Positions 1-13,457 of a DNA stretch of 64,000 nt are shown here, piece by piece (the stretch's first letter is position 1; the number at the start of each line of letters is the position of its first letter). The notes beneath the pieces are model-generated. The model worked only from the letters and a program-made list of their open reading frames with translations. It was not told where the DNA came from and did no database searches. Source of the DNA: the human T2T-CHM13v2.0 reference genome, Homo sapiens; NCBI RefSeq assembly GCF_009914755.1, contig NC_060947.1; one strand, written 5' to 3'. A program made the position numbers and the translations under genes.

Positions 1-206
1 TCAGCCACTTATTCCTCTGCCAGCTGAGATCTGGGGTTTATATGGGCACAAGATGCTTGGGTGGCGGGCCAAAAAGGTAACATTTTGGTAGGAAAGCAGG
101 GATAACTGTTCTCATTTAGGGCGGCAGTTTCCAGGCTTGAGGGTGGGGCCTTTGCCAGGGAGCCGCCCTCTTCTACCCAGTATTTCCCTGCTTCTTGTCC
201 ATATCA
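1..206 (-). mobile_element. ERV1 LTR 5' end, MER52/LTR27-28-like (truncated by window edge)
   Basis: Reverse complement reads TGATATGGACAAGAAGCAGGGAAATACTGGGTAGAAGAGGGCGGCTCCCTGGCAAAGGCCCCACCCTCAAGCCTGG, matching the recalled MER52-group LTR start. Confidence 0.75.
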
Positions 207-586
207 CCACCATCACCACCATCCATCTCCAGAACTCTGTTCATCTCGCAAAGCTTTATACCCATTAAACAATAACCTCCTGTTCCCCACTTTGTCCAAC
301 CTCTGGGGACTATCATTCTACTTTCTGTCTCTATGAATTTGAGCATTCTAGGTACCTCATATTAATGAATATTCCCTTGAATGTATGTACCACAATTTCT
401 CTAGCCATTCATTAATCAATAGACACATAAGTTGAGTGAACCTTTTGGCTATTGTAAATGATGCTGCAATGAACATGGGTGTGCAAATTCCCACTTCCAA
501 TTATTTTGGGTCTATACCTGGAAGCAGAGTTTCTGAGTCATATGGTAACTGTATGCTTCTCTTTTGAAGGAACTGTTATACTTTTT
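207..586 (-). mobile_element. Old L1M (L1MB-like) 3' region fragment
   Basis: Typical antisense L1M 3' motifs: CATCACCACCATCCATCTCCAGAAC, TTCTACTTTCTGTCTCTATGAATTTG, TTTTGGCTATTGTAAATGATGCTGCAATGAACATGGGTGTGCA. Confidence 0.8.
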
Positions 587-712
587 GGAATTCAAGGTTT
601 TAAGAAAGCTTCAGGCAGGGAAGGAAAACTTCATCTTTGGAATTTCTGAGTGAGATTTGTTACCAAAACAACAACAAAATTTTCCTTAATTCTGCCTCAG
701 GTTAAAGGGTGT

Positions 713-1089
713 TGTATTAGTCTGTTTTCACACTGCTATAGAGACATACCGAAGACTGGGTAATTTATAAATAAAAGAGGTCTAATTGACTTGCAGTTCA
801 CATGGTTAAGGAGGCCTTAGGAAACTTACAATCATGGCAGAAGGGGAAGTAGGCACATCTTACATCGCAGCAGGTGAGCAGGTGAGAGAGAGAGCACATG
901 TGTCAGTGCAGGAAAAACTATCATTTATAAAACCATCAGATCTTGTGAGAGTTCACACAATATCATGAGAACAGCATGAGGAAAACTGCCTCCATAATCC
1001 AATCACTTCCCACAAGGTCTCTCCTCAAACACCTGAGGATTACAATTCAAGATGAGATTTGGGTGGGGACACAAAGTCTGACCATATCA
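713..1089 (-). mobile_element. MaLR solo LTR, THE1D/MSTA-like
   Basis: TGTATTAGTC...GAGATTTGGGTGGGGACACA...CCATATCA termini; 5-bp TSD GGTGT at 708-712 and 1090-1094. Confidence 0.9.
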
Positions 1090-2124
1090 GGTGTGTTTCC
1101 TGAAAAACACAGTCAAGAGATCCTTGGGTAGAGGGAGAGTGAGAATTTGAGGAACAACTCAAAGATTAGGATATTATTATAATAAAGTATTCTGCACTAT
1201 AAGCCTTCCATAAACATACTAAGGGATTATTATTTGTGTACATTAAAAATGCTCTTTCATTTTAGGGATATACATACCCATTAAAATCCATTCATTCCAA
1301 TCCCAGAATAAAAGCTTGGCATTATCTCCAGGATTTAAAATAAGAATGTCACTGTAGAAATTCCCAAGGATTTCAAAACCAACATCAGCTCTTTGGTATA
1401 TGACTGCTCCCAGTACAATCATAATTTGACCTAAATTTTGCCCCTTTCCAAGAATTCTGGTATCACTCATGAGTGTTTGCTTGCTGTCTGGTCTTACCAG
1501 TCACATTATCTCTTGGTATAAATGGTAACTGGCTGTCTATGTCTTTGCTTCCTCTCACGGTACTTTGTTTACCAAGCTGCAGATATTCAGGGTGCATTGC
1601 CCAATGGACAATGAAGAGACAGTGGCTGGGCTGTTTTTGGAGGCAGGATCCCTAAGATTTGACATCTCATTCTTGATGCCATCCACGTCCAATCAGACTT
1701 GAACTTCAGGACATTTCTGCAGATGTCTTACAAATTAAGTCACTGGGTCTTTTTTTTGTTTCTTAATGCATCCTCCTTTGATCTCACGTTTAGAAATTCT
1801 ATTTGAGATCCTGCTTTTGCTGGTTATCCTACCTTGGCCACATTTCTAATGAGCAAATTCAACAGGGCTGTGCAAGGAACATTTTTCAATGCCAACTCAA
1901 ATTCTGAAATGTATTTAATATTCATACTCTGATCTCAGGTCACTTCATGTTAAACATGACAAGCTGTCTTGTGGTAGTAGCTTTTACTTATAAATGTGGA
2001 TACATTGTTGAATTCTCAAGTATTCTATGCAAAAACGGATCAAGCTTCTTCCTTTTCTGTGTTCCCACTCTACTGGAGAATAGAAATCATGGAGCCAGGT
2101 TGTAATTCTCCTTTTCCTATCAGA

Positions 2125-2250
2125 CTTTTGCAGTAAACTGTGAACTCCTCAAGGGCAAAGACCCTTTACTGCTCATTTCTGGAATTCCATTTTTAGCAGA
2201 CAGCCTTGTAAGAGGAATGCCGTTAATATACATTGAAGACATGAAGCAAA
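2125..2250 (+). mobile_element. L2 3' end fragment
   Basis: TAAACTGTGAACTCCTCAAGGGCAAAGACC resembles the L2 3' terminal consensus; heavily diverged. Confidence 0.5.
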
Positions 2251-3134
2251 GAAAACAAGAGAGGGAAACAGGGAGAGAGAAGGAGGAAGGAAGAGGTGGG
2301 GAGAAGAGATGGAGGACCTGTTTATAGACTGATGTCAAGCAAGTTAAAACACATAGTTCAAGGTTTTCATTTTTCATTTTTCCAAAGACCTGCAGTTGAC
2401 CTTGTTGAAAGAAGTTTGCCATTTTTTAGCCACTGAAGCCTAAGAACATCTTCATATTGTTTATGTCCATTCATCTGATGAATCTCTTCTTTCTGCAAGC
2501 CCTTTAAAAGGAGTCACTGATTTTTAGAAAGGGCGGGTGCAGCTTGTGGAGCTGGAGGGAAGTTCCTAAACAGGAGTGGCTCTAGTTCACAGGCTTGTAG
2601 AGTCCATAATTCCCCTCAAGGCTGTGGAATTTGTGATGTATATGCCTGGTGTGAGCTCAGTGAGACCCAGATAACACACATTGTCACCCCTGGTCACACT
2701 CTACCTGGCCTTTTTTTGTTTTTTTATGGCTCTGGTGTGTTGGGAGACTAAAGTACACCTTGGAATTCTGTCTTACAACTGGTCTATCCATTGTAAGGTG
2801 AGGACATGTGACAAGAAGCTTCTCAAGTCTCAGCCAGGATGTCTTCAGACATCAGCTCCTACTGGGGTCACCAAGAAGCCAGTCAGATAGCTTTGGAGAA
2901 TGATAGGTGGATGCTGAGTGTTTGCATGGCTGGTTAGCTCTGTTTGTTTATTCTTGCTCATCCAAGAAAATGCAGCCTTCCTTTTATTTCTCTTTTCTCC
3001 ATTGATCCCTAGTGCTGAAATTGATGCTTTTAGTCAAACTGAATTCATAGATCTATCTAACAATGATATCTCATCATTAGGAGACTAGAATTATTATTAG
3101 TCAATATTTGCCAGAGAAACAGAACCAGTAGGAA

Positions 3135-3660
3135 ATGGATGTATAGATAGATTGATAAATAGATAGATAGAATAGATGATAGGTAGTTAGATTTGATTGA
3201 AAGATCACTAGATGAAATAGTTGAATGGAGGGATGGTTGGATTGATGGATGGATAAGATAGAAAGACAGATGATAGATGAAAGATTATAGATAGATGATA
3301 TATAATAGCTAGATAGGTAGCTAGATAGTGAGAGAGATTTCATAGATCAGTAGATGGTATGGATAGATGGATAAGATAGGAAGAAAGATAATAGATAGAT
3401 AGGACAGATAATAGATGGTAGACAGATGATAGATAAATGATAAATGGATGATAGATAGATAGATAGATAGGTAGATAATTGATAGACAAAAAGATAGATT
3501 TGATATATCAACAGATGGGATGGGTGGATGTAGGGATAAGTCAGCAAGGCAGATGATATATATATATATGGGACACATGATGGATATATAATAGATTGTA
3601 GATAAATGATAGATAGATCAATGATTGATACATAGAGACATACATACACGTATACATACG
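3135..3660. repeat. Degenerate (TAGA/TGGA)n simple repeat
   Basis: About 520 bp of GATA/GATG/TAGA units, expanded at the microsatellite-prone position of the MLT2 LTR. Confidence 0.9.
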
Positions 3661-3875
3661 TTTATTAAAAGGCCTTGGTTCATGTGATTAGGGAAGCTGT
3701 TAAGTTCAAAATCTACAGGGTGGTCTGGCAACCTGGAGACTAAGTTGAGCCAATGTTGCAGATAGAGTCCGAGGGCCACTTGTTGGCAGAATTCATTCAT
3801 GGTCTGGGTAAGTCAGTCGTTTGTTCTATTCAGGCCTTCAATTGAGTTGATGAAGATCACTCACATTATGGACAG

Positions 3876-4422
3876 TGTGATGGTTAATATTGAGTGCCAA
3901 CTTGATTGCACTGAAGGACGCAAAGTATTGTTCCTGCATGTGTCTGTGAGGGTGTTGCCAAAAGAGAATAACATTTGAGTCAGTAGACTAGGAGAGGCAG
4001 ATCCACCCTCAATCTGGATGGGCACCATCTAATCAGCTTCCAGCATGGCTAGGATAAAGACAGGCAGAGGAATGTGGAAGGAATAGACTTGCCGAGTCTT
4101 CTAACCTCCATCTTTCCCCCATGTTGGATGCTTCCTGTCCTGGAACATTAGACTCCAAGTTTTTCAGCTTTTGGTCTCTTGAACCTACACCATTGGTGTG
4201 CCTAGGGCTTTCGAGCCTTCAGCCACAGATTGAAGGCTGCACTGTCAAAGTTTCCCTAATTTTGAAATTTTGGGACTTGGACTAGCTTCTTTGCTCCTCA
4301 GCTTGCAGATGGCCTATTGTGGGATTTCACCTTGTGATCATGTTAGTCAATACTTCTTAATGAACTCCCTTTCATATATACATCTATTAGTCCTGTGCTT
4401 CTACAGAACCCTGACTAATACA
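3876..4422 (+). mobile_element. MLT2A (HERVL) solo LTR
   Basis: TGTGATGGTTAATATTGAGTGCCAACTTGATT...CCCTGACTAATACA termini; degenerate TSD GACAG/GAGGG. Confidence 0.9.
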
Positions 4423-4459
4423 GAGGGCAAACTGCTTTACTCAAAATCCAAAAGTAAGT

Positions 4460-5010
4460 TAATAATAAAAGGATATTATCAATAACTTTATGGCAAAAAT
4501 TTTGACTATGTACATGGAATGGAAAATCTCCTTGAAACACATGAACTATCAAAGCTCAAAGCTCAAGAAAAAATAGAAATTTGAAATAGCACATCTATTA
4601 AACAAATAGGATATGTGGCTAAAAAACTTCTTAACAAAAATGAGCAAAAACAATAAGACAAGCCCAAAACCAAACCAAACCTATAAACAGTGTAAGATGG
4701 ATTCATTGGTAAATTCTACTAAACACTTAAGGAAAATAATGCCTATTGTATGCAAATTCTGCCAGAAATCTGAAGAGGAGGAAATGCTTCAGGATTCATT
4801 TTATGTATAAAGCACAATGAAGTGCTTTCTAAGTTTTTGCTAGTGTCCTGGTGTACAATTTTGTTCTATTTGCTGTTTAAGTTTGAATCTTGTCTATTGT
4901 ACATTCTGAAATGTTAGAGTCATTTTTGAGAAAAGAAACACAAGACAGTATAGTAAAAATACAGAAAGTCAATTCCTTCATGAACACAGATACAAAAATT
5001 ATAAAAAAAA
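4460..5010 (+). mobile_element. Old L1M ORF2 fragment
   Basis: A-rich L1 ORF2-like sequence (GGATTCATTGGTAAATTCTAC...GAAGAGGAGGAAATGCTTCAGGATTCATTTTATG); ORF 4613-4810 ends in L1-like 'EEEEMLQDSFY'. Confidence 0.65.
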
Positions 5011-5597
5011 TTTAGTATACATATGTAAACATTTAATAAATTGTATATTATAAATACATGTAATTTGTCATGTCAATTTTATCTCAGTAAAGCTGTCCAA
5101 AATTGAAATCAAATAGAATGAAATAAAAATGCTGTTTTTATTAGCTCTGACTTTCAAAATGCAAGTCAGTTTATTTCATTTCTCATTATTCTGTTTTTTT
5201 TCTAATTCTTTTTCATTATGGTGAAATATACACAGCATACAATTTACCATCTTAGGTATTTTTAAGTGTATGGTTCAGTGGTATTGAATACATTCATAAT
5301 ATTGTGCAATCATCACCACCATTCATCTACATAAGTCTTTTCATCTTCTAAATCTGAAACTTTATGCTCATTAACAATGACTTCCCATTTCCCTCCACAC
5401 ATCACCTGGAAATCACTCCTCTATTTTCTGTCTCTATAATCTTGACTACTCTATCTCTTATAAGTAGAATCACACAGTATTTGTCTTTTTGTAACTAGCT
5501 TATATCACTTAACATAATGTTCTCAAGGTTCATTCATGTTGCAACATGTGTCATAATTTCCTTCCTATTTAAGGCTGAATAATATTACTTTGTATGT

Positions 5598-5955
5598 TGT
5601 ATTAATCCATTCTCACACTGCTATGAAGAAACATCCGAGACTGGGTAATTTACGCTGCAAAAGAGGTTTAATAGACTCACAGTTCCGCATGACTGAGAGG
5701 CCTCTGGAAACTTATGACCATGATGGAAGGCATCTTCTTCACAGGGTGGCAGGAGAGAGAATGAGTGCCGAGCGAAGGGGAGAGCCCCTTACAAAACCAT
5801 CAGATCTCGTGAGAAATCACTTACTATCATGAGAACAGCATGGGGGAAAACACCCCCATGATTCAATTATCTCCTCCTGGCCCTGACTTTGACACGTGGG
5901 GATTATTACAATTCAAGGTGAGATTTGGGTGGGGACACAGAGCAAAACCATATCA
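5598..5955 (-). mobile_element. THE1-type solo LTR
   Basis: TGTATTAATCCATTC...CCATATCA termini; TSD TATGT at 5593-5597 and 5956-5960. Confidence 0.9.
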
Positions 5956-6547
5956 TATGTATAGACCACATTTTTCTTATCCATTCATCAGATGATAAAC
6001 ACTTAGATGGCTTCCACAATTTAGCTATTGTGAATGATACTGTTATGAACATAAGTGCATAAATCTCTCTTCAAGGCCTTGCTTTCAACTCTATTGGGCA
6101 TACATCCAGAAGCAGAATTATTGGATCATATGGTAATTCTATTTCTAAATTTTTGAGGAAGCACCATAATGTTTTCTACAGTTGCTGTACTATTTTACAT
6201 TCCCACCAGCAGTTTACAAGAGTTCTAATTTCTCTATGTCCTTGCCAACATTTGTTATTTTTTGCTTTTTTTTTTATAGCAGTTATTCTAATGGGTGTGA
6301 AGTGGTATCTCATTGTGGTTTTGATTTGCATTTTCCTTTTCATGTGCCTGTTGGCCATTTGTATATATCTTCTTTGGAGAATATATGTTCAAATCCTTTG
6401 CCCATTTTTGAATAGGTTTTGCTGTTGAGTTTTAAGAGTTCTCTATATTCTGAATATTAATTTCATAACATATATAATTTGCAAATATTTTATCCATCCC
6501 ATGAGTTCAGCTTTTTTACCCTGCTGATATTGTCTTTTGATGCAAAG

Positions 6548-6861
<314 letters not shown>

Positions 6862-9800
6862 AAAAAAATTGACTCAGAATTTAAAAAAATTTATGAAGTC
6901 CAAATTGTCTATTTTTTTTCTATTGTTACCTGTGTCTTTGGTGTCATATGTAAGAAATCCTGACCAAACTCAGTGTTGCGAAGCTTTTTCCCCTATGTTT
7001 TCTATTAAGAGTTTTATAGTTTTAGTTCTACATTTAAGTCTTTGTCTCATTATTCTTCAAGGAAAATGAGCTTAGAATTTGTTTTTATATTGACAATGTT
7101 GACACTTTTAACTGAAGGAGCTATTCCACAATCTTACGGATGCCTGACTAGTATTGTTATTTTGGGCATACCACTTAGGTTTCCAACGTTAGTCAGTTTT
7201 CTTAACATATTGAGTGCACATGGATGTTACATTTTCTAAAAGCATTTCCACAGATCCTTCACCTAAATTAGTGCACTCAATCCTAGTATCCACCCAAGCA
7301 ATTCTTAAATACATACAAATGAATTAAACAACATTAGAGGTGAGAAATAAAGACTGAATGGGTCATGGAAGGCTTGTCCCAGACCACAAATCTAGTAAAT
7401 ATGAAACTGGAGGATAATAAGATGGGATTTGAGAATCTCTACATGCCTGCCCAGTGTTTTCCATACAATCATGCTACTCCTTCATGAGTCATTAGTACCT
7501 ATGCTTTTCTATATTTTATAGATAATTAGGTCATAGGCATAAGATTTTTTGGTATAATAAAGGAAGAATCTTCATGGTTCATATGTTTGAACTTGAAACA
7601 ATTTATTATCTAATTTTAAAAGAAGCTTCAAAATTTGAAAAATAGACTCACAAAATATTGTAAACTCAAGAAAAGAAAACTAAACAGAATATGAGAATTT
7701 TTGCTCAATCTCTTACAGTGCAAGTTGAAAAAAAGACCTAACATACTGTGAAAAAAGGAGCATGTTTTCAGCACTATTCTACTGATTCCCCATACTGGAA
7801 AATTTTTGTTTTGTTTCGTTTTTCTTATGTTCCATCTGTTGAAAGTCTTAAATATTAAGGGTATGAATTTTATTTATTTTTAGTTTCTTAAAATTTTTGT
7901 GGTTACAAAAATAAAATCAAAATGGATTAAAGGGTATGAAATTTGGATATTGGAATAAATTGATATACCCAATGCTAGCTATTATGACATATTTTCTTCC
8001 AAAATTATCTTTCATTCAAAGCTCTTGGGATAGTTTATGATCTAGTATATTTAGTGTAAATATTCTCATAATATGTAAATATTTATAGATGTATTCATAT
8101 ATTATACAAATATACTCTAGCATATTTGATGTAAGTTTCTTAGGATGTGGTTCCACATCCTGAAAAATTCCACTGATAGACTTCTGTTTTCCTATTTCAA
8201 TAAAGCCATAAAGTAGTTCCGAAAAACTTTCAATAAATAAAGCTGGACACTGAAAGATTTGGTCTGAAAATGTCCTTGTCCATTAATGGTAAATATTGTA
8301 TTTTCTTAGTGGCCATTTTAAAATTTACAATCAGATGATCATTATTTTCAGATGTAGTATTAACACGATCAAAATAGCATCATTAGATTTTCCTTCATGT
8401 TGTGATTTTCACAATAAAATTCTCAAACACTAACCTGGGGGTCATTCTAAAATATTTTTAATATGATCTGAAGTTCCAGGTGTAAATTACAAGCTTCCTA
8501 AAAAGTAGAACCATCTCACTCAACTAAACAACATTGCCTTTAAAAAGTTTAAGACAATTTCGATTGAAATTCCTAATGGAAGTTTTTCCAGCAGAAGTCA
8601 GTGAAATTTTATTGTCTATATTATCATTTTTATGGAAGTTGGAAAACCTCTAGAGAAGTGAATTAAAGTTGATCTTTTTGCTTGTAATAAAATAAAGACC
8701 ATCCTATTTTACCTAAGGGGATGTCTTCAAAATGGCTTTTAAAGTAAAACTCATAAAAGTTAAAAAAAAAAAAAGTAAAGAAATCTAGGGAGATTGTCTA
8801 CATAATTCATTCTCTCTTTCCCTCCCTGCCTCCCTCTCTTCCTCATTCTTCTCTCCCTCTCTATTTTTCTTTCCTTCACTTTTTTTTCCCTATAACTTAT
8901 GTAACTAGCATGGCTTAATAAACTTTGGACCTTTTTGTTCACCTGGGCTCTTCTCTCCTGGAAAGAACAGTGTCTCGTATCCCGTTCCACCAGCCCTGGT
9001 GAGGTAATCTGCAGTTAGCAAGATGTAAGTTCACTTCCTAACATGACAATACAAATCATTCTTCAATATCATTCTTTGCAGACGATGGTCTAAACTTCAC
9101 AACCTTATTCCCAAGTGAGCTCAAGTTCACCATTCACATAGCATTTTTCTAAACAGCTCAAAAACCCCAGTAATTTATGGGCTCCGCTCTGGCAGAGCTA
9201 AAATGGAAATGTGGATTATAGCTATCATTTTCAGGTTCAGAGCTGGCTGTGTCAGTACAGATTGATTTGTAAGTGTCCGTTTCCGTAGCCATAGCCAATA
9301 GGTAGTGTTTTATTTTGTCTTTCCCCAAATGGCTACTCTCACAGCCACAGAAACATATGAGCCCATTAGTGTCGCAAATGCTTTATAAAAATTGGCTTAT
9401 TTGAGTCTCCCTTGAAAATGTTCCCCTGAATATGATTTTTCTCTGCAAGTCATGATTGAATATTTTTTTACCAGGTGGGCTATGTTTGGTGGTTGTCTAG
9501 ATTCATCGATATCCATAAGGTAAGGGAATAAATATTAACATATTCTGGGTTATTAATAAAACATACTGATCAGTTTATATGATTCATTGTGTTACATTTT
9601 TAGTGCTTTGTGAAATTTGTGTTCTTGGCTTAAATGCTTACAGTGTAAAACAGATGCAAATTAACCTAGCATTTGCCTAAAATTCGCCTGGGGTCTACAC
9701 TGCATCTCCTGCTAGTGAGGAGAGGGTGGACGGATGTGATATAGATCAATCATACAGATCTATCGTACAACTGACCAGCATACGTAATCTTTTTTCTTCC

Positions 9801-10129
9801 CAATTTTTCCATCTCCTTACCCTGATGATTATCTTCACGAGGTTTCATGATGCCCGATGGTTGTGTTTCTGTGTTTGTTGTCTTGTATTTCCTTTTATCA
9901 GATTTCTCCCCGAATATAAACTTTGGGTATCTGCCTTTCCATTCGTGTAACCTTTGAGTTAGCACTTGGTATGCAGTGGGTAAACAATATATGTTGATTG
10001 GATTTAAAAAAAAACTCAGTCAAAAGTACCAGAGCTTGTTCCCTCTATGTCAGACTAGACAAAATCATTTGAACTAATACCCCATAATGGAAAAAACTTC
10101 TGTAATGAAAATGGGCCACAGAGAAAAAA

Positions 10130-10390
10130 ATGTGTTTGTGTGTACATATGTGTGTGCATGTGTGTAAAAGAGATTTAATATAAATATATATATACATATA
10201 TGTACTTATACATACAAATGCAATGCACATATGTATGCATATATATACCTCTATATAGCCATATATATGTAGATTGTATTCATATTGGAGACAGATATAT
10301 AGGAAATATATATATCTACAGAGATAGACAGATAGATAGATAGATAGCTTTACAGCTGGAAATCTATCTATATTTATTTATTTGTTTGTT
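10130..10390. repeat. (TG)/(TA)/(TAGA) low-complexity tract
   Basis: Mixed dinucleotide and GATA runs. Confidence 0.7.
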
Positions 10391-11106
10391 CATTGTTATT
10401 GCAGGGACTTGTTAGTTGTTGTCAAAACATTGACAAATTTCATGAACACAGAAAGTGGCTGGAAGGAATAAAGTAGACTAACCTCAAAGGACCAACTGTT
10501 GCTATATGCACAGACATTATAAGGAGAATATTAATAACATTAAATGACAGCTCACTGAAAAATGGAAATAGTACAAAACCTTTTTTGTCTTCAAAGGTTT
10601 GCAATCAAAGGAGAAGAACATTTTAAATAGCCTGATAAAATAATTTTTCTATTACCTATGAGGTAATTCAGCACAGTTTTAATTTCCATTTTATTTACAT
10701 TAGTCTTTGGAATGTTGAAAGGCAGGCTTTATCTTAGACAGTTCCTAGAATAAAAGGTAAATTCCCATATGCCTCTCAGTCCTTAACCAGATCCACCTTT
10801 ACTGGGAGGAATAGAGAATGAAAAGAAAACAGGGAATGTAGTACCAGTTTTCAAAATATTTAACTAAGCTTCTTATCTATATTTTTATATTTAAATGATT
10901 CTAGAATATCCAAGTGACCAAGCCAGAACCTTGCTGGACACAGGAACTCTGTTTTCTTGTTATAGCACCTACAGAATGTGACACCATGAAGACTAATAAT
11001 AAATGCTTCACTATACACATACATGTTCTAGTGCATGGGATATATGTAGAAATCATGGGTGTGAATTCAAAGTCATTCATCTTTTAAATGAAATAAGTAT
11101 TTTGAA

Positions 11107-12192
11107 GACATGTGTGCACCACTGATATGGCTTGGCTGTGTCCCCACTTAAATATCATCTTGAATTGTAGTTCCCATAATTCCCATGTGCCGTGGGAGGG
11201 ACCCAGTAGGAGGTAATTGAATCATGGGGGCAGTTACCCCCACGCTGCTGTTCTCATGATATTGAGTGAGTTCTCACGAGATCTGATGGTTTTATAAGGG
11301 GCTATTCCCCCTTTTGCTCAGCACTTCTCCTTCCTGCCACCATGTAAGACATGCCTTTGCTCTTCCTTTGCCTTCTGCCATGATTGTGAGGCCTCCCCAG
11401 CAATGTGGAACTGTGAGTCCATTAAACCTCTTTTTCTTTATATATTACTCAGTCTTGGGTATTTCTTCATAGTAGTATGAAAATGGACTAATACAACCAG
11501 CATGTTCATGACAGCAAAGATTTGGAAACAACCTAGAAGTCCATTGACATACAGATGAATCGAGAAAATATGTATACATATTTATATATGTCATGGAATG
11601 TTATTCAACCTTGAAAAAAAGGAAATCTTGTCATTTTTTTAACAACATGGATGGACCTGAGGGATATTATGCTAAGTGAGATGGGCCAGGTGTAGAAAGA
11701 CAAATTCTGTATGATCTTATTTATTCATTTATAGATGGCATCCAAAATAGTCAGACTCATAGAAGCAGAGAGCAAATGCTGGTTACCAGGTGGGTGGGGA
11801 AGGAGAAATGGGGAGGTAATAATGGTCAAAGGGTCCAAACTTTCAGTTATGCAGAGTAAATTAGTTCTAGAGACCTACTCTCTAGTATAGCGCCTAGGAC
11901 AAACAATACTGCATTTTATGTATAAAATTTACTAAGAGGGTAGATATCATGTTAAATGTTCATACCAAACACATGCACACACACACACACACACACAGAG
12001 ACATAAAATAATAATAATAAAGGGAGTGGGAGGAAACTTTAGGAGATAATGGATTGATTAATATATTTATAACCTTGGTGATGGTGATGGTTTCAAGAGT
12101 GTATACTTATCCCCAAACTCACCAAGCTGTATTTGTTAAATGTGTATAGCTTTCAACGTGTCCATCATAGTTCAATAAAATGGTTTTAAAAA
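11107..12192 (+). mobile_element. L1MA/MB-like 3' end, interrupted by THE1
   Basis: TTGGAAACAACCTAGAAGTCCATTGAC...AACATGGATGGACCTGAGGGATATTATGCTAAGTGA...TCAATAAAATGGTTTTAAAA; (CA)n at about 11976-11997. Confidence 0.85.
11123..11495 (+). mobile_element. THE1D-like solo LTR
   Basis: TGATATGGCTTGGCTGTGTCCCCAC...GGACTAATACA termini; TSD ACCAC/ACCAG. Confidence 0.9.
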
Positions 12193-12787
12193 CCCACAAA
12201 GTTATTCATCTTCTAAAACGCGGCTTTTCTCCAGCTAATTTACCCCTTCCATGCAGTAGAATATGAATGTGATAGTGACAAACCATTTTCTAGCAACTAA
12301 ACAAGGATGCCTCTCCTGGGAATGGGGAAACAGGGTGGAAGATGGGTATATTCTGGAAAATTCTGAGTGAATCCAGAGAACAGAACTTTTACTCTCTCAA
12401 AACACCCATCCGTTCAGACATTTATGTGCAAGAAGTAAAAGTTTCATCTTGGGCAAAGTACTGTTGTTTGGTCCATGGAGACACATGAAAGCTAATAACA
12501 TTTTTTATTAGTGATAAAGAAATAAAAGCAATGTTTGTTAAGAGAACAAGAGGCTCAAAGCATCAGCAACACACACAAGGGTAGCTCAGAAAGGATTCGG
12601 TAGAGAATTAAGACCGCACAGAACCAGAGAACTATTTGAGACATAATAGTTGACTCTGTGTTTGTATATCTAGTCAACAGATACATCATTACTCAGAAAT
12701 GGAAATTGATTTCAGAAGTGTCTTTTATGCTTTTGTTTTCTAAGTGTGTATTTAAAGATTTTTAGTAACGTCTATAAAAGGCCATAG

Positions 12788-13457
12788 TGTCGCAGGCTAG
12801 GCCTCACTAACAGCTGAGCAGGCAGACCTTTGTAACAACTGTTTCAGCACTGACCGAGTGGTGAAGTTAAGTATTAAAAGCTGAAAGAGCCAGCGCCCTT
12901 ATACAAAGGCTGGAATGTAACAAAAGCCCACTGAGAGTTCTGCCCAGGCCTCTCCTAGGCCTTGAAGCATGACAAGATAATGAAGGGATTCTTAAGAGGA
13001 CCCATTTAGGATCAAACAAGTTTTATTGGGGATCTGAAGGAACTCCCCAGACCTCCACAAACAAGTTTTATTAGGGGTCTAAAAGAACTCCCCAAACCTC
13101 CATGATTTAGCAGGAAACAAGATAAGGGTAATCACCCCAGGCACTTGGACTCATCTAGATTAAGTCAATTACTGAGGCCCCAGAGGAGGGTCTCCAGGAC
13201 TCAGACCTTAGTTATAGATTAGAAGAAGTTAATCACCAATGTCTTTAGATGAATGCACCCTTATACGTAGACATATAGCTTAGCAGGTATATAAGCTCTG
13301 GAAAACTTTGTAATTTGAGTTTGCCTGGCGATATTTTCCAAGTCTTCTCCCTGTACGCGGTTATAGAAGTAAACTCTCTTCTTTTCCCAGTTCGTCTGCA
13401 TGTCATTATTGGGCTGTGAGAATAAGCAGCCTGACCCCGTGGTTCGGTCCGGGAACA
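12788..13457 (+). mobile_element. ERV1-class solo LTR (LTR15-like; subfamily tentative)
   Basis: TG...CA termini, 670 bp, 4-bp TSD ATAG (12784-12787 / 13458-13461), TATATAA at 13288-13294. Confidence 0.75.

Larger units (their letters stand above)
3093..4450 (-). mobile_element. Older MLT2 (ERVL) LTR, interrupted by a (TAGA)n expansion and an MLT2A insertion
   Basis: TATTAGTCA...CCAGAGAAACAGAACCAGTAGG at the start; TTGTTCTATTCAGGCCTTCAATTGA...CACATTATG before 3876; continues GAGGGCAAACTGCTTTACTCAAA after 4422. Confidence 0.75.

Noticed and set aside
2531-2566. GC box GGGCGG and NF-kB-like GGGAAGTTCC
   Set aside because: Isolated short motifs with no CpG island or other promoter evidence.
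13014-13102. 45-bp imperfect tandem repeat (AAACAAGTTTTATT...CCTCCA)
   Set aside because: Internal to the LTR and, as I recall, part of the family consensus; not locus-specific.
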